Shown here: in pieces, positions 25,801 to 33,652 of the stretch
How positions within the stretch are numbered: position 1 is the first letter of the stretch
How the letters are laid out: every line of letters begins with the position of its first letter
Virus record (IMG/VR): IMGVR_UViG_3300028743_000015
Coordinates: 1-38,183 of that record
Origin: a virus
Taxonomy: Duplodnaviria; Caudoviricetes
Reading direction: 5' to 3' (one strand)
DNA length: 38,183 nucleotides
The notes under the pieces: model-generated
Databases searched by the model: none
What the model saw: the letters and a program-made list of their open reading frames with translations, nothing else
Told to the model about the DNA's origin: nothing
Made by a program: the position numbers and the translations under genes

Positions 25801-28340
25801 CGATCATCGACCGGCTCAAGGTGCGCGATATCAAGCCGAGCCTTTACGAGGCCGCCGCCGCGCGCGCGGGCAAGGCCGCCATGGACAATTTGGGCAAGGG
25901 CAACCGGAACGCGGCAGCCGCCGAGAAGCGCAACCAGCTCATTAATATCTACGCGGCGAAGGAGGCCATCAACGCACGCGAGGAGGTCGACAAGGCTGTC
26001 GCCTATTTCAAGCGGTTCCTGACCCCGGCGGCGGCCAAGAGCATCGACCGGGAATACCTCGACCAAATCCTCGGGCTGCTCGATAAGGTCGACCTGCGCA
26101 CTGGGCAGACCCTCAAGGCCATTGATCGTCGCACCAGCCTTGCCGAGTGGATCAAGCAGCAGCAGGAGCTTGGCTTTGAGCCAATCGTGCCCGACAATCT
26201 GCTCGAACAGCTTGGCCGAAAGTCCTATAAGGAGCTGACGGTTGAAGAGCTGCGGGGCCTGCGCGACGCGATCAAAAATATCGAGCACCTCGGGCGCCTC
26301 AAGACCAAACTACTGACGGCCAAGCGCGACCGCGACTTTGCCAGCGCCGTCGGCAAGATCACTGACCGCATTGTCGGCGATGCCTACAAGGACATGCACG
26401 AGCCGCTCGAAAAGCGTGGCTGGCTTGCCAAGGCCAAAGATGGGGTATTCGACTTTGAAACTGACCACCGCAAGCTCGCCAGCCTCGTGCGCGAAATGGA
26501 CGGCTTTCGCGACGGCGGACCGGTGTGGGAATATTTCATTCGCCCCATGAACGCGGCAGCCGATCAGGAAGCCGCGTTGCGCGCCGACAGCGCGGCAAAG
26601 ATCGCCGAGATTTTCGCGCCCATCAAGCACTTTGGCGCCAAGCACTACATTCCGGAAATCGGGCAATCGCTCTCGCTCGAAGGACGGCTCGCTATTGCGC
26701 TCAACATGGGCAACAGCATCAACCGCGAGCGTGTCACCTCGGGCGAGCGTTGGTCGCCGGAGCAGCTTGAAGCCATCCTCTCGACCCTCACCGCCGAGCA
26801 GTGGGCGGCGGTGCAGGCGGTGTGGGACCATATCGGCTCTTACTGGCCGCAAATCCAAGCCAAGGAACAGCGCGTCACTGGTGTTGCGCCCGAGCGCGTC
26901 GAAGCCGAACCCTTGCGTGTAAACACCGCCGACGGGCAGGCGCTGGACTTACCCGGTGGGTATTACCCAATCAAATATAACAAGGACCGCAGCTCTGGCG
27001 CCGAGGGGCACGACCTCGCCGAGGCGGCGCGGCAGGCGATGCGCGGAGCGTATACCGCCGCGACCACACGCCGGGGGCACACCAAGGCCCGCGCCGAAAG
27101 CACGGGCTGGCCACTGCGCTATGACCTTGGCGTCATCGCCGAGCATCTGACGGCGGTTATTCATGACCTGACGCACCACGAAATGCTCATCGACGTAAAC
27201 CGGTTGCTGCGCTCGTCGTCGATAGACGGTGCTATCCGCGACCACTACGGCGCCGATGTGCGACGGGCCTTTGGTCAAACGATCCAAGCGGTAGCGGCTG
27301 GTGACGTGCCCGCGCGGAACGCCTTCGAACGGGGTATCAATTATCTGCGCACCGGCGTCACGATTGCGGGGCTGGGCTTCAACCTGGTCACGTCGCTGTT
27401 GCAGCCGCTGGGCGTGACGCAATCGGCTGTGCGCATCGGCCCCAAGTGGGTCGGCAAGGGTGTCGCGCGTTGGGTATCTGACGCTTCGACGTTCAACAAC
27501 ACGGCAAAGTGGATCGCCAAACAAAGCCCGATGATGGCGCACCGTGGGCTTACCCAGATGCGCGAAATGAACGAACTGCGCAATAAGGTGGCGGGCAAGA
27601 GCGGCGTGCTCTCTGCGGTGGAAGATGGCTTCTTCTACCTCATCGAAAAAGCGCAGTTGGTGGCCGACATCCCCACGTGGCTCGGGCAATACGAGAAATC
27701 GGTGGCGGCGGGCGAAGACCATGACACCGCCGTGGCCCTTGCTGACCAAGCGGTGCTCGGTAGCCAGGGCGGTGGCCAACAAAAAGACCTGTCAGAAATC
27801 CAGCGCGGCGGCCCGCTCATGAAGCTTTGGACGAATTTCTACAGTTTCTTTAACGTCAGCTACAACCTGCTTGCGGAAAGCGTCAACGAGACGCGCAAAG
27901 TTGGTCCAAGTCGATTGCCTCGCCTAGCCGTTGACGTGTTGCTGCTGACCGTGGTGCCGACCACGCTGGGCGTGGTGATGCGCGCCGCGCTCCACGGCTC
28001 GCCGCCCGACCCCAAGGATATACTCTCGCAAAATATCAGCGGCCTCTTTGGGCTTATGGTGGGCCTGCGGGATATTGGCAGTATTATCGACAGCAACGGC
28101 AAGACTTCCGCCCCCTCGGGTATCGTCCTCCAACAGTTCTCTGACTTTTATAAGCACGCGAAAGAAGGCAAAAATACCGAGGCCTTTTGGCGCTCCGCGA
28201 ATCGCCTTGGCGGGGTGCTGTTCCATTACCCGGCTGCGCAGGTGGATAAGACCGCGAGGGGGTTTGAAGCCTTGGCCGATGGCAAGACTTCAAACCCCGG
28301 CGTGCTGCTCGTTGGGCCACCGCCAAAGAAGACGCGCTAA
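19881..28340 (+). CDS. Giant ejection protein (2819 aa), polyvalent: ADP-ribosyltransferase and zincin-like domains
   Basis: TAATG coupling gives ATG 19881. ART motifs FYHGT...LGRGVYLT...ARNYA...GHDGVV...HEIAVFDP (about 21930-22300); EEVQSDWHQ domain; TFLHESGHFYL (HExxH, 24693-24707) with downstream HEKWAQGYEAY. Confidence 0.88.
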   Translation: MPGNPYDDAVAQVMGVQQSGASAALSNAASLDPDTEARNRQLARTTGLPMPTVRNMPKEAEVAARQQAARDFPVLSALASSPKTATWVAQGDNAAVSHDDVWTLAGIGKQLSEAASDFTPRNLGKSLLAGLYSTASGVAGGVRGAEDFADKYDPFSYLDRAVLGRSLHSIVADRLAGEGRQLSDLAAASRPKAKSQFGQDVLSGVESIPGSLAAMGVTAATGNPFAGAAVLGGVTGGQSYAQARDQDGMTLEGGLTKSAIDAAIETATEIIPEKSVAKFTHGKSGFGKFMFELVGGEVLGEQVATLGQDYNQWVMADQNKGKTFDQYTSEIVPHAISTLTATLTTAGAMGSFAGALRTVDRVSGRAVVREERAAQAEAAAQHFDDLAKLAEASRLRERDAVSFHDFVQHAAEDGPVEAVYVSPEKLGEALNQSGLDPEQAQAAQAAVAPHVAEALANGTDVRLPVADFATYIAPTAAGKALLDHLKADPDGMSREEAKQWMETKGDDLRREVEQTLAEHLADAQFRASGEVVQAKIAEQLHNANRFTREVNETNATGMAAFYSTMAARMGLTPEQLYERMPIRIQAEPVAGEALSQRDTRVASAIEQGYLTPAKWEALTDARLGQTGGHVDARGNGASAGEHGRTNQVQPEELGRQGGQGEGQRNATPTGTQFADADRGGLATFYHGTRDSIGGFDLGHPNRKDAGWLGRGVYLTNDPVLARNYAERKKGPGAPTVLPLHIKLENPYHATSAEKQGLRFSAPEEIARWTDRLIAKGHDGVVLDLGNGTHEIAVFDPANIRSPEAEFDPAKSHSNDLLAQSPFYSPLERAVEQSKTAKASGQQWLATLSKAAGVKKEELEWTGLPEWLTSREVAFTRDEVQAFVRAGGVQVDEVVLGGVDQAAVAERAGELRQEYIEEQLREFDEEYSDEYVDYPHIAEEEDEDGNPVYEVGGETYGILEAAQDAADSLHDELRAEHYQDARSNAEGDAERAADQQDFEHDARSEQGSGNTLFEQYAEKGGEEYRELLITLPEGTAGNPGDAYYHSEHFSDHPVVAHIRFKTRQSTDGKSVMFVEEVQSDWHQQGRDKGYKEKESPQAVAEALARYQEAEKRLGDTVDDTRRYALALVDAVSEKDLPYAAWRDATRSGLVGAGAYLVRTTARDIIVGAQDLGLSANENLEKLERQFDLLRDAEHASDEAHSDLTKIKNPRGIPNAPFKSSWPALAMKRAIRWAADNGIPQIAWTTGKQQSERYNLGATTGDLVVAPRNDDKFNVEMNSQAAQVLENNQLASVQGSGPYGRHVTRMTAEQVKQAFGADVARKVAEGVGAAHTPEQKAQRVELENRKAAADKAETEALHAALAAPASEQAARDEAYANAQQARNAAVRALDAFDRTNPGSFTLSGHDLNVGGEGMRAFYDRNLVNITNDIIKRYGGKVGPVAIEGMAHYTPDDTAAVAAAQDKLRVVTNEITQAGIVPSITDAQLDAAIADKKAEAESRLARWKAYAEQHPSSADLARQQVAHLENQIHLFSDKGRVEDMLATWRQANAELAEAQGRAQGNPGFEITPQLAKAAQEGFALFQQNRGAYSPATDTITLLKRADLSTFLHESGHFYLEAFDRLAADPSAPQDIRDDFDAILKWFAIPGGSAQERAANWRGMSLEQKRASHEKWAQGYEAYLFTGKAPSIKLQAIFQRFRAWMISVYKSALNIGVKPTPAIRSVMDRMLATADEIAEAEQARSMLPLFSDREASGMDENSWREYQARGLEASQDAISELETKALRDMQWMRNAHGRELRKLQQQAKATRAATHKAVTAQVQAEPVYRAIDFLKHGRIDGQKIDSPHRFSIAEIEALYPDAATRDFVKGKLGYGAYGMLGEGEAVHPEQVAELFGFTSADHLIRSIIDAEPMKDRIAGLTEQRLLEEHGDLTDPRAIAEAADKAIHNEARARFVATELAALGKATGKPKILTQAARSYARAIIDRLKVRDIKPSLYEAAAARAGKAAMDNLGKGNRNAAAAEKRNQLINIYAAKEAINAREEVDKAVAYFKRFLTPAAAKSIDREYLDQILGLLDKVDLRTGQTLKAIDRRTSLAEWIKQQQELGFEPIVPDNLLEQLGRKSYKELTVEELRGLRDAIKNIEHLGRLKTKLLTAKRDRDFASAVGKITDRIVGDAYKDMHEPLEKRGWLAKAKDGVFDFETDHRKLASLVREMDGFRDGGPVWEYFIRPMNAAADQEAALRADSAAKIAEIFAPIKHFGAKHYIPEIGQSLSLEGRLAIALNMGNSINRERVTSGERWSPEQLEAILSTLTAEQWAAVQAVWDHIGSYWPQIQAKEQRVTGVAPERVEAEPLRVNTADGQALDLPGGYYPIKYNKDRSSGAEGHDLAEAARQAMRGAYTAATTRRGHTKARAESTGWPLRYDLGVIAEHLTAVIHDLTHHEMLIDVNRLLRSSSIDGAIRDHYGADVRRAFGQTIQAVAAGDVPARNAFERGINYLRTGVTIAGLGFNLVTSLLQPLGVTQSAVRIGPKWVGKGVARWVSDASTFNNTAKWIAKQSPMMAHRGLTQMREMNELRNKVAGKSGVLSAVEDGFFYLIEKAQLVADIPTWLGQYEKSVAAGEDHDTAVALADQAVLGSQGGGQQKDLSEIQRGGPLMKLWTNFYSFFNVSYNLLAESVNETRKVGPSRLPRLAVDVLLLTVVPTTLGVVMRAALHGSPPDPKDILSQNISGLFGLMVGLRDIGSIIDSNGKTSAPSGIVLQQFSDFYKHAKEGKNTEAFWRSANRLGGVLFHYPAAQVDKTARGFEALADGKTSNPGVLLVGPPPKKTR
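21682..21710 (+). promoter_or_regulatory. Intragenic sigma70-like promoter for the nested ORF
   Basis: TTGCAA (21682-21687), exactly 17 nt, TATCTT (21705-21710); GGAGG at 21725-21729. Confidence 0.7.
21739..22023 (+). CDS. Nested +1-frame gene (94 aa) inside the giant ejection gene, function unknown
   Basis: Own promoter and GGAGG SD 9 nt before ATG. By hand count about 41 of the first 50 codons end in G/C, versus about 17 of 50 in the host frame. Confidence 0.72.
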   Translation: MLDLDKLADMLTPEEMAQVRVNMDARTKFNRKNWGAKVDKAKDSETLRRLARNLPTPTEADLPPSITARAIASGALTLDTPTEKMPGGSGEGST

Positions 28341-28373
28341 CGTTCACTTGCCCACAGCGGCGCGAGGCATGGT
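28341..28373 (+). promoter_or_regulatory. Putative late promoter 5 (tailspike/lysis operon)
   Basis: CGTTCACTTG (28341-28350), 17 nt, CATGGT (28368-28373); ATG 6 nt downstream, no SD. Confidence 0.7.
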
Positions 28374-28379
28374 TTCGGC

Positions 28380-31196
28380 ATGACCGTGACTTCTTCCCCG
28401 CGCATCGCTGGCCCCTATACGGGCATGGGGGCGGCTGCTTCTTTGCCGTTTGCCTTCAAGGTCTTCACAGCGAGCGATCTGCTCGTAACGCGCGACGGCA
28501 TGACCTTGGCGCTGGGGGCGGACTACACGGTTTCGCTCAACAGCGACCAAGACGAGGCCCCCGGCGGCGCGGTAGCGATAACCGCAACGGCCTACCCCCT
28601 AGGCTCGGTCGTGTGGCTGGGGTCAAACATCCCAGTGAGCCAAGGCACGTCCTTGCCAAGTATGGGGCCTTGGCTCCCCAAGGTAATCGAAAGCGCGCTC
28701 GATAAAGTCACTATCCTCGTGCAGCAGCTCTTGGGCACTGTGTCGCGGGCGGTGCTGCTACCCGTTGGCGATAGCGCGGGCGTCCTGCCTATCGCCTCTG
28801 CGCGCGCAGGCATGTATCTGGGCTTTGATGCAGGCACCGGGGCGCTGGTGACGATGGCGGGCACCGCCAGCGTAAGCGACGCGGCGGCAGTGGCCTATCA
28901 TGCGGCACAGACGGGTGCGATTGCGCGCAGCATTGCCGACGTGCTGAACGATACCCTTGACCCCAAGAACCTTGGCGCGGTGGGTGATGGCGTCCATCCC
29001 TCAGCCGATCAAGCCGGGTTTCAGGCGGCAATAACAGCGGATATCGCCAGCAACCAATTGCCCTTGGGCGCTAGCTCCACGATCAAGGTCAACAAGGGCA
29101 TCATCATTCCCCCCGGCGTCTATGACGCGGGCAATTTTTCGTTCTCCGGTGGTGCGCCAGTCCGCATGGCGGCGCTGATCCCCGGCACGGTGGTTATCCG
29201 TATTCCGGCGGGGCAGTATTTCATCAACCAATCCGGTAATCCCTTTTCCTGCCATTTTGAAAACATCATTTTCATTGGAGGACTCGGGACACTCAACGCC
29301 CAAAACACGGGGACGAATGTCTCGTGGGGCGCGGCCTTCATTAACTGCGCCTTTTACAATTACACTGAATGCGCGATTGGCAACCAATCGAGCGACAGCC
29401 CATTTTTGAAGGTGAAAAACTGCTTTTTCGGCACCAGCGCTGCGCCGCCCTCGGGGCAGGTGATCGGCATTTGCTGGGGCGGCTTTGGCGATGAAATGGT
29501 GGTAGAAGACTGCGCCTTTGGGGGAAACAGCTACCACATCGCCATCGGCCCGCGTTTGTCTGGCCATATCAGCATCACCCGGAACTATTTTCAGAGCGGC
29601 GACAACGCTACGAATGGCGCGCGATGCCTTGCGGATATCTGGATCAAGCCCAATGCCAGCGGTGTGACCAACAGCGGATTTGGCACCTACATCACCTACA
29701 ACAAATTCGGCAATGAATTGCAGAACTCGGCCTACCCTGCGCCCAATATTCTTGTGGCGTCGGAAGACACCAGCGCCGGGGCCTATCGAGCACAATACAA
29801 GCCGCTGACGACGACTGCGGGTGATGTTGGCTTTGTGTCGGGCATCCACATGTCCGACAATCGCATCAATCACCTGTCCCCGTGGAACGCCCCGGTCATT
29901 CGCAGCTACGTCTCTAGCCTTGCCGCATGGCTGGTCGAGCGTAACACGTTTGAGGGCGGGAACCCCTCCTATATGGTTGAGTTCCCCAACGCACGGAACA
30001 GCGATTATTCCAACAACAGTTCGATTTTCAAATTCGACAATTCCGCCTTTTCAGCACCGCTTCTGTTCGCCAACCGGCATTTCTGCCAGCTTGAGGACCG
30101 CGCCTGCAACTGGCCAGGTGATCCCAACTCAGTCCATTTTTGGGGCGTGTCCGACGACCCAACCCTGTCATTGATTACGGCTTGCCTCTCCGGTTTTGAC
30201 ATGTCCTATTTTTCGGGGTCGACTTCGGTTGCCACCGCCGACCCATATGGAACGATGGAATACGCCAGCGTAATCGGCGGGGCCTACACCGGGTTTACCG
30301 ACCCTTACGCGGGGTCCGGTGGTCCCATTTTTGTCGAGGTGTGCTTAGCGCGCCCCGCGTCGCAGGCTTTGACGCAGGTTTTTGTGGACGTCGTAAATAC
30401 CTCGGGGAGCGCTTACGCCCTGAAAACTTTGGTGTCATTGCCCGCCACAGGTGTCTTTGGCCGTTTCACGGTGCCGGTCATTTTACCTGCCAACGCTAAC
30501 CCCGGTTCGTGGCAGGCGCGGGTCTACGGTCAAAACGTGATTTCGGGAACCTCGGACACATTTGTTTGCGGCGACTTGATCGTGTCGAAAGGTCGCGGGC
30601 GCTTTGGACGCGCGAGGGTCTTGGCGCAATACCTCCCGTCCCCTCGCAACCAGCGGCTGGTGGGAGGCGCGCAGAACACATGGCCGACTGGCTGGTCCTA
30701 CTCCGTGGCCAACGGCACGCTATCCGGTGTAACCGTAACGGTTAACCGCGTGTCCACCGATGCGTTTGGGGACTTTGTAGAAATCGCCTTGACGGGCACC
30801 AGCACCTCGGCAGGAAACCTGATTTTCCGCTTTGACCCGCAGCGGTCAATGGATGTGGTCTATGGCAGCAACATCCGCGCCTTCGTCGGCGTGCGCCTCA
30901 TGAGTGGCAATTTATCGACTGCGACAACCAGCACGGGGCGCGATGGGTCAACCGGGCCATGTGCGCTGGGCATCGCTAGTCACGGGTCCAATGATGTGCA
31001 GCAGCAACAGGCTATCGTCTGCTTCACCCCGACCACCACCTATCAGGTCTTTGGCCGGACGATGACAACCAGCGGTGGCTACTTCAACGGATCGGTTGAT
31101 TACGGCTGGGCGCTCTTCGCCCTGGGCTATCCGAGCGGTGTTGCGACCAACGTCACCTTCCGACTTTACGCCCCCACCTTTCAGCGCTCGAAATAG
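28380..31196 (+). CDS. Tailspike / tail fibre with beta-helix (possible depolymerase)
   Basis: N-terminal podovirus anchor (LPFAFKVF...GADYTVSLNSDQDEAPGG...ESALDKVT); PKNLGAVGDG and IIIPPGVY beta-helix cap; Asn/Gly-rich rungs. Confidence 0.85.
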   Translation: MTVTSSPRIAGPYTGMGAAASLPFAFKVFTASDLLVTRDGMTLALGADYTVSLNSDQDEAPGGAVAITATAYPLGSVVWLGSNIPVSQGTSLPSMGPWLPKVIESALDKVTILVQQLLGTVSRAVLLPVGDSAGVLPIASARAGMYLGFDAGTGALVTMAGTASVSDAAAVAYHAAQTGAIARSIADVLNDTLDPKNLGAVGDGVHPSADQAGFQAAITADIASNQLPLGASSTIKVNKGIIIPPGVYDAGNFSFSGGAPVRMAALIPGTVVIRIPAGQYFINQSGNPFSCHFENIIFIGGLGTLNAQNTGTNVSWGAAFINCAFYNYTECAIGNQSSDSPFLKVKNCFFGTSAAPPSGQVIGICWGGFGDEMVVEDCAFGGNSYHIAIGPRLSGHISITRNYFQSGDNATNGARCLADIWIKPNASGVTNSGFGTYITYNKFGNELQNSAYPAPNILVASEDTSAGAYRAQYKPLTTTAGDVGFVSGIHMSDNRINHLSPWNAPVIRSYVSSLAAWLVERNTFEGGNPSYMVEFPNARNSDYSNNSSIFKFDNSAFSAPLLFANRHFCQLEDRACNWPGDPNSVHFWGVSDDPTLSLITACLSGFDMSYFSGSTSVATADPYGTMEYASVIGGAYTGFTDPYAGSGGPIFVEVCLARPASQALTQVFVDVVNTSGSAYALKTLVSLPATGVFGRFTVPVILPANANPGSWQARVYGQNVISGTSDTFVCGDLIVSKGRGRFGRARVLAQYLPSPRNQRLVGGAQNTWPTGWSYSVANGTLSGVTVTVNRVSTDAFGDFVEIALTGTSTSAGNLIFRFDPQRSMDVVYGSNIRAFVGVRLMSGNLSTATTSTGRDGSTGPCALGIASHGSNDVQQQQAIVCFTPTTTYQVFGRTMTTSGGYFNGSVDYGWALFALGYPSGVATNVTFRLYAPTFQRSK

Positions 31197-31206
31197 GAGG
31201 ATTATC

Positions 31207-31446
31207 ATGACCGCTTTTGCTTTCACCGCCACTGGCTCGATCGCCGAGGTCCGTGCCGCTCTGGCCGCGCGACCCGCCGCCGATCCTGCGTTTCCGCAGG
31301 GCGTGGCCGACCTGCTTGCCGCACAGCTCGCGCCTGTGCCTGACGACAAAAACCTGACCCTCACTGTGACCGGGGACGCAGGCTGGGCCACCGAGCAAAT
31401 TGCCGGGCTGATCTCGCTATCGGTTTTCGCCGCGATTTCGAGCTAA
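31207..31446 (+). CDS. Hypothetical protein (79 aa), possible tail accessory
   Basis: AGGAGG SD (31195-31200), ATG 31207, GC3-rich codons. Confidence 0.7.
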   Translation: MTAFAFTATGSIAEVRAALAARPAADPAFPQGVADLLAAQLAPVPDDKNLTLTVTGDAGWATEQIAGLISLSVFAAISS

Positions 31447-31512
31447 CCCAGAAAGGACGGCAACGTCCAGCTAAACGCAGATCAAAACCCGATCAAAACT
31501 TGCCCCAATTGC

Positions 31513-31535
31513 GCCGCCTTATGGGCGGTTTTTTT
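31513..31535 (+). terminator. Intrinsic terminator before the lysis cassette
   Basis: GCCGCCT-TAT-GGGCGGT with a T7 run. Confidence 0.75.
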
Positions 31536-31550
31536 ATGCCCGGAGCCCGT

Positions 31551-31871
31551 ATGAGCACCTGCCCTCCTGACCAATCCGCGCAAATCGCGCTCGCCAAAGA
31601 GCGTGCCGATGCAGCCAAACGAGATATCAGCCGCGTGGAGGAAGCCTTGGGCGAGCGCATTGATAAGCTAGAAGTCGCCGTCACCAAAGGTTTCGACGAG
31701 ACGAGCACTACCCTGAAACTGCTGATGGCTGAAATTACAGCGCTCAAGCTGGAAAACGCCAAGCGATCCAGTGCCGAGCGGCTTGTCAAATGGCTGATCG
31801 GAATCGGAATGGCCGGCATCAGCATTCTCGCCGGGTATCTCGAGATCACGCATCCCCCCCACCATCCCTGA
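31551..31871 (+). CDS. Coiled-coil protein with one C-terminal TM (holin/antiholin-like)
   Basis: GGAG SD; heptad region then LVKWLIGIGMAGISILAGYL; first gene of the lysis cassette. Confidence 0.65.
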   Translation: MSTCPPDQSAQIALAKERADAAKRDISRVEEALGERIDKLEVAVTKGFDETSTTLKLLMAEITALKLENAKRSSAERLVKWLIGIGMAGISILAGYLEITHPPHHP

Positions 31872-31885
31872 ATAGGAGAACAATC

Positions 31886-32320
31886 ATGCGCCTTGCGCCT
31901 GAATGGATCGCTGACGCGCGCGCGGCGATGAAGAAAACCCACGTGCCTGCCTCTGTCTCGATTGCCCAGTTTGGTATCGAGAGTGGATGGGGCAAGGCGA
32001 TCAAGGGGAATAACCCTTTCGGCATCAAGCATATGTCCGGTTTTCCCGACCAGATTTTCCATACCCATGAAGAGATCCACGGCAAGTCGGTTCCTGAAGA
32101 TCTCGTGTTCGCCGTTTTCCCCAGCATCACTGAGGCATTCATGGCCCACGCGCAGCTGATTGCGACGCGGCCTCAATATGCCCCCGCCATGCGCGCCCTG
32201 CCGAATATCGAGGCCTTCGTGCGCGCGCTCGCGCCCGTCTATGCCACGGATCACAAATATGCCGACACCATGCTGGCTGTGATCCGCTCGGGCAACCTCA
32301 CCCAGTACGATAAGGACTGA
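31886..32320 (+). CDS. Endolysin, GH73 glucosaminidase/FlgJ-like
   Basis: AGGAG SD; IAQFGIESGWG, NNPFGIK, YATDHKY motifs. Confidence 0.92.
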   Translation: MRLAPEWIADARAAMKKTHVPASVSIAQFGIESGWGKAIKGNNPFGIKHMSGFPDQIFHTHEEIHGKSVPEDLVFAVFPSITEAFMAHAQLIATRPQYAPAMRALPNIEAFVRALAPVYATDHKYADTMLAVIRSGNLTQYDKD

Positions 32321-32324
32321 TCCC

Positions 32325-32582
32325 ATGAGCATCATCACCACCATCAAAACCGAGGGTGCAGCCGTGCTGACCGCCGCCCGCGCGTGGTGGGCGCGTCAGT
32401 GGCCGCAATGGAGCACCAAGGCAGGCGCCATCATTACCACGGTCTCGCTGATTGCCCCGCAACTGGCGGCCCAACTGACCACCGCCAACCCGCAGATTGC
32501 CACTACTCTTGCCACCATCGGTGGCTGGGCTGGCGCCGCGCTGATCGTCTGTAACCAGATTGAGGGGAAGGCCAATGGCTGA
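32325..32582 (+). CDS. Putative holin (2 TM)
   Basis: WWARQWPQWST followed by two hydrophobic segments; after the endolysin. Confidence 0.65.
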   Translation: MSIITTIKTEGAAVLTAARAWWARQWPQWSTKAGAIITTVSLIAPQLAAQLTTANPQIATTLATIGGWAGAALIVCNQIEGKANG

Positions 32583-33219
32583 TCGCTTCTATCCCAAAAC
32601 CCTCGCCATTGGGGCTCCCGACCTGATTGGTCAGCTTTGGGTCTTTAAGGATGAGGGCACCGCCCCGGCTGGGGCCAGCGCGGAATCGGTGGCTATGTTC
32701 GCGGGTCGCGACAATGTGCATGGATCGCTCAAGGCAGCGCTCAGCTCGGTGCGCTCGTCGCTGGTGCTGAATATGTACGGGTTCGATGATCCCGAACTGG
32801 CGGACATCATCTGGGGCCTGATCCAAAACCCCAAGATCCTCGTGCAGATTACCCTCGACAAGAGCCAAGCGGGCGGCCTCGCTGAACGCAAGATCCTCGA
32901 TGGCGAGCGCACCGCTCACCCAGGCGAGTTTGGCAACCAGATCATCATCGGCACCAGCGCCACCCACCAGATCAGCCATACCAAGGCGGGCGTGATCGAT
33001 GGCGTGCTTGCATTCCATGGCTCGGTCAACTGGTCGGCGAGCGGCGAAGGCACGTTCAAGCAGGAAATAGGCCCGGCTGGCGTGGGCTACAAAGCCCAGA
33101 ACAACAGTCTCAGCTGGCACACTGACCGCCTGACCGTGAACGCTTTCCGTGACGAACTCGCGCGCGATCGCGCGGCGATGCAGGCGCAGATCGCGAAAGC
33201 GGCGGTGCCCGCCCGATGA
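32575..33219 (+). CDS. Phospholipase D superfamily (single HKD, Nuc-like) protein
   Basis: SHTKAGVID (HxKxxxxD) plus GSVNWS; upstream LNMYGFDD and ITLDKSQ motifs. Confidence 0.88.
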   Translation: MADRFYPKTLAIGAPDLIGQLWVFKDEGTAPAGASAESVAMFAGRDNVHGSLKAALSSVRSSLVLNMYGFDDPELADIIWGLIQNPKILVQITLDKSQAGGLAERKILDGERTAHPGEFGNQIIIGTSATHQISHTKAGVIDGVLAFHGSVNWSASGEGTFKQEIGPAGVGYKAQNNSLSWHTDRLTVNAFRDELARDRAAMQAQIAKAAVPAR

Positions 33220-33238
33220 TCATCAAAGGGGAATACAC

Positions 33239-33652
33239 ATGTCCATCATCACCGACGCGGCCGAGGAGGCCGTGACCATTGCCGCGCCTCAACTGGCGCT
33301 GCCGATCCGCATCTGGCACTGGATTTCAAGCCACGCCCTTCCGATCCTGCTCGCGGTGCTGGCCCTGTGGTTTGTCGGTCATATGCTGCTGTCCGAATGG
33401 CGTGCGGCCCAGATCGCTAAAGCCGAAGCGACGCTGACCGCCCAAGTTTCGAGCGCAACCAATGCCAGTGGCGCCGATGCGGTGACCACGGTCGAGCATA
33501 ACATCACCAATGAGCGCAATATCACCAACGAGGTCGAACATGTTCAAGCCGCTATTAATGCTGCGCCTGATGCTGCTGGCGCTGATGCTGCTGGTCGTGC
33601 CGGGCTGTGTGGGATCAACAGTAGTTTCTGCGCCGCCTCCGGCGTGCAGTAG
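33239..33652 (+). CDS. Inner-membrane spanin (Rz-like)
   Basis: Single TM (ALPILLAVLALWFVGHMLL), helical periplasmic part, C-terminal Cys pair; overlaps a lipoprotein gene. Confidence 0.75.
   Translation: MSIITDAAEEAVTIAAPQLALPIRIWHWISSHALPILLAVLALWFVGHMLLSEWRAAQIAKAEATLTAQVSSATNASGADAVTTVEHNITNERNITNEVEHVQAAINAAPDAAGADAAGRAGLCGINSSFCAASGVQ

Noticed and set aside
3019-26288. Long antisense ORFs (3019-4134, 4950-6344, 9874-10809, 11608-12888, 25197-26288)
   Set aside because: Shadows of GC3-rich sense genes; no recognisable motifs or SD.
31441-31499. Short duplications (AGCTAA x2, GATCAAAAC x2) before the lysis terminator
   Set aside because: Too short and too few to assign; could be an antitermination signal, but unsupported.
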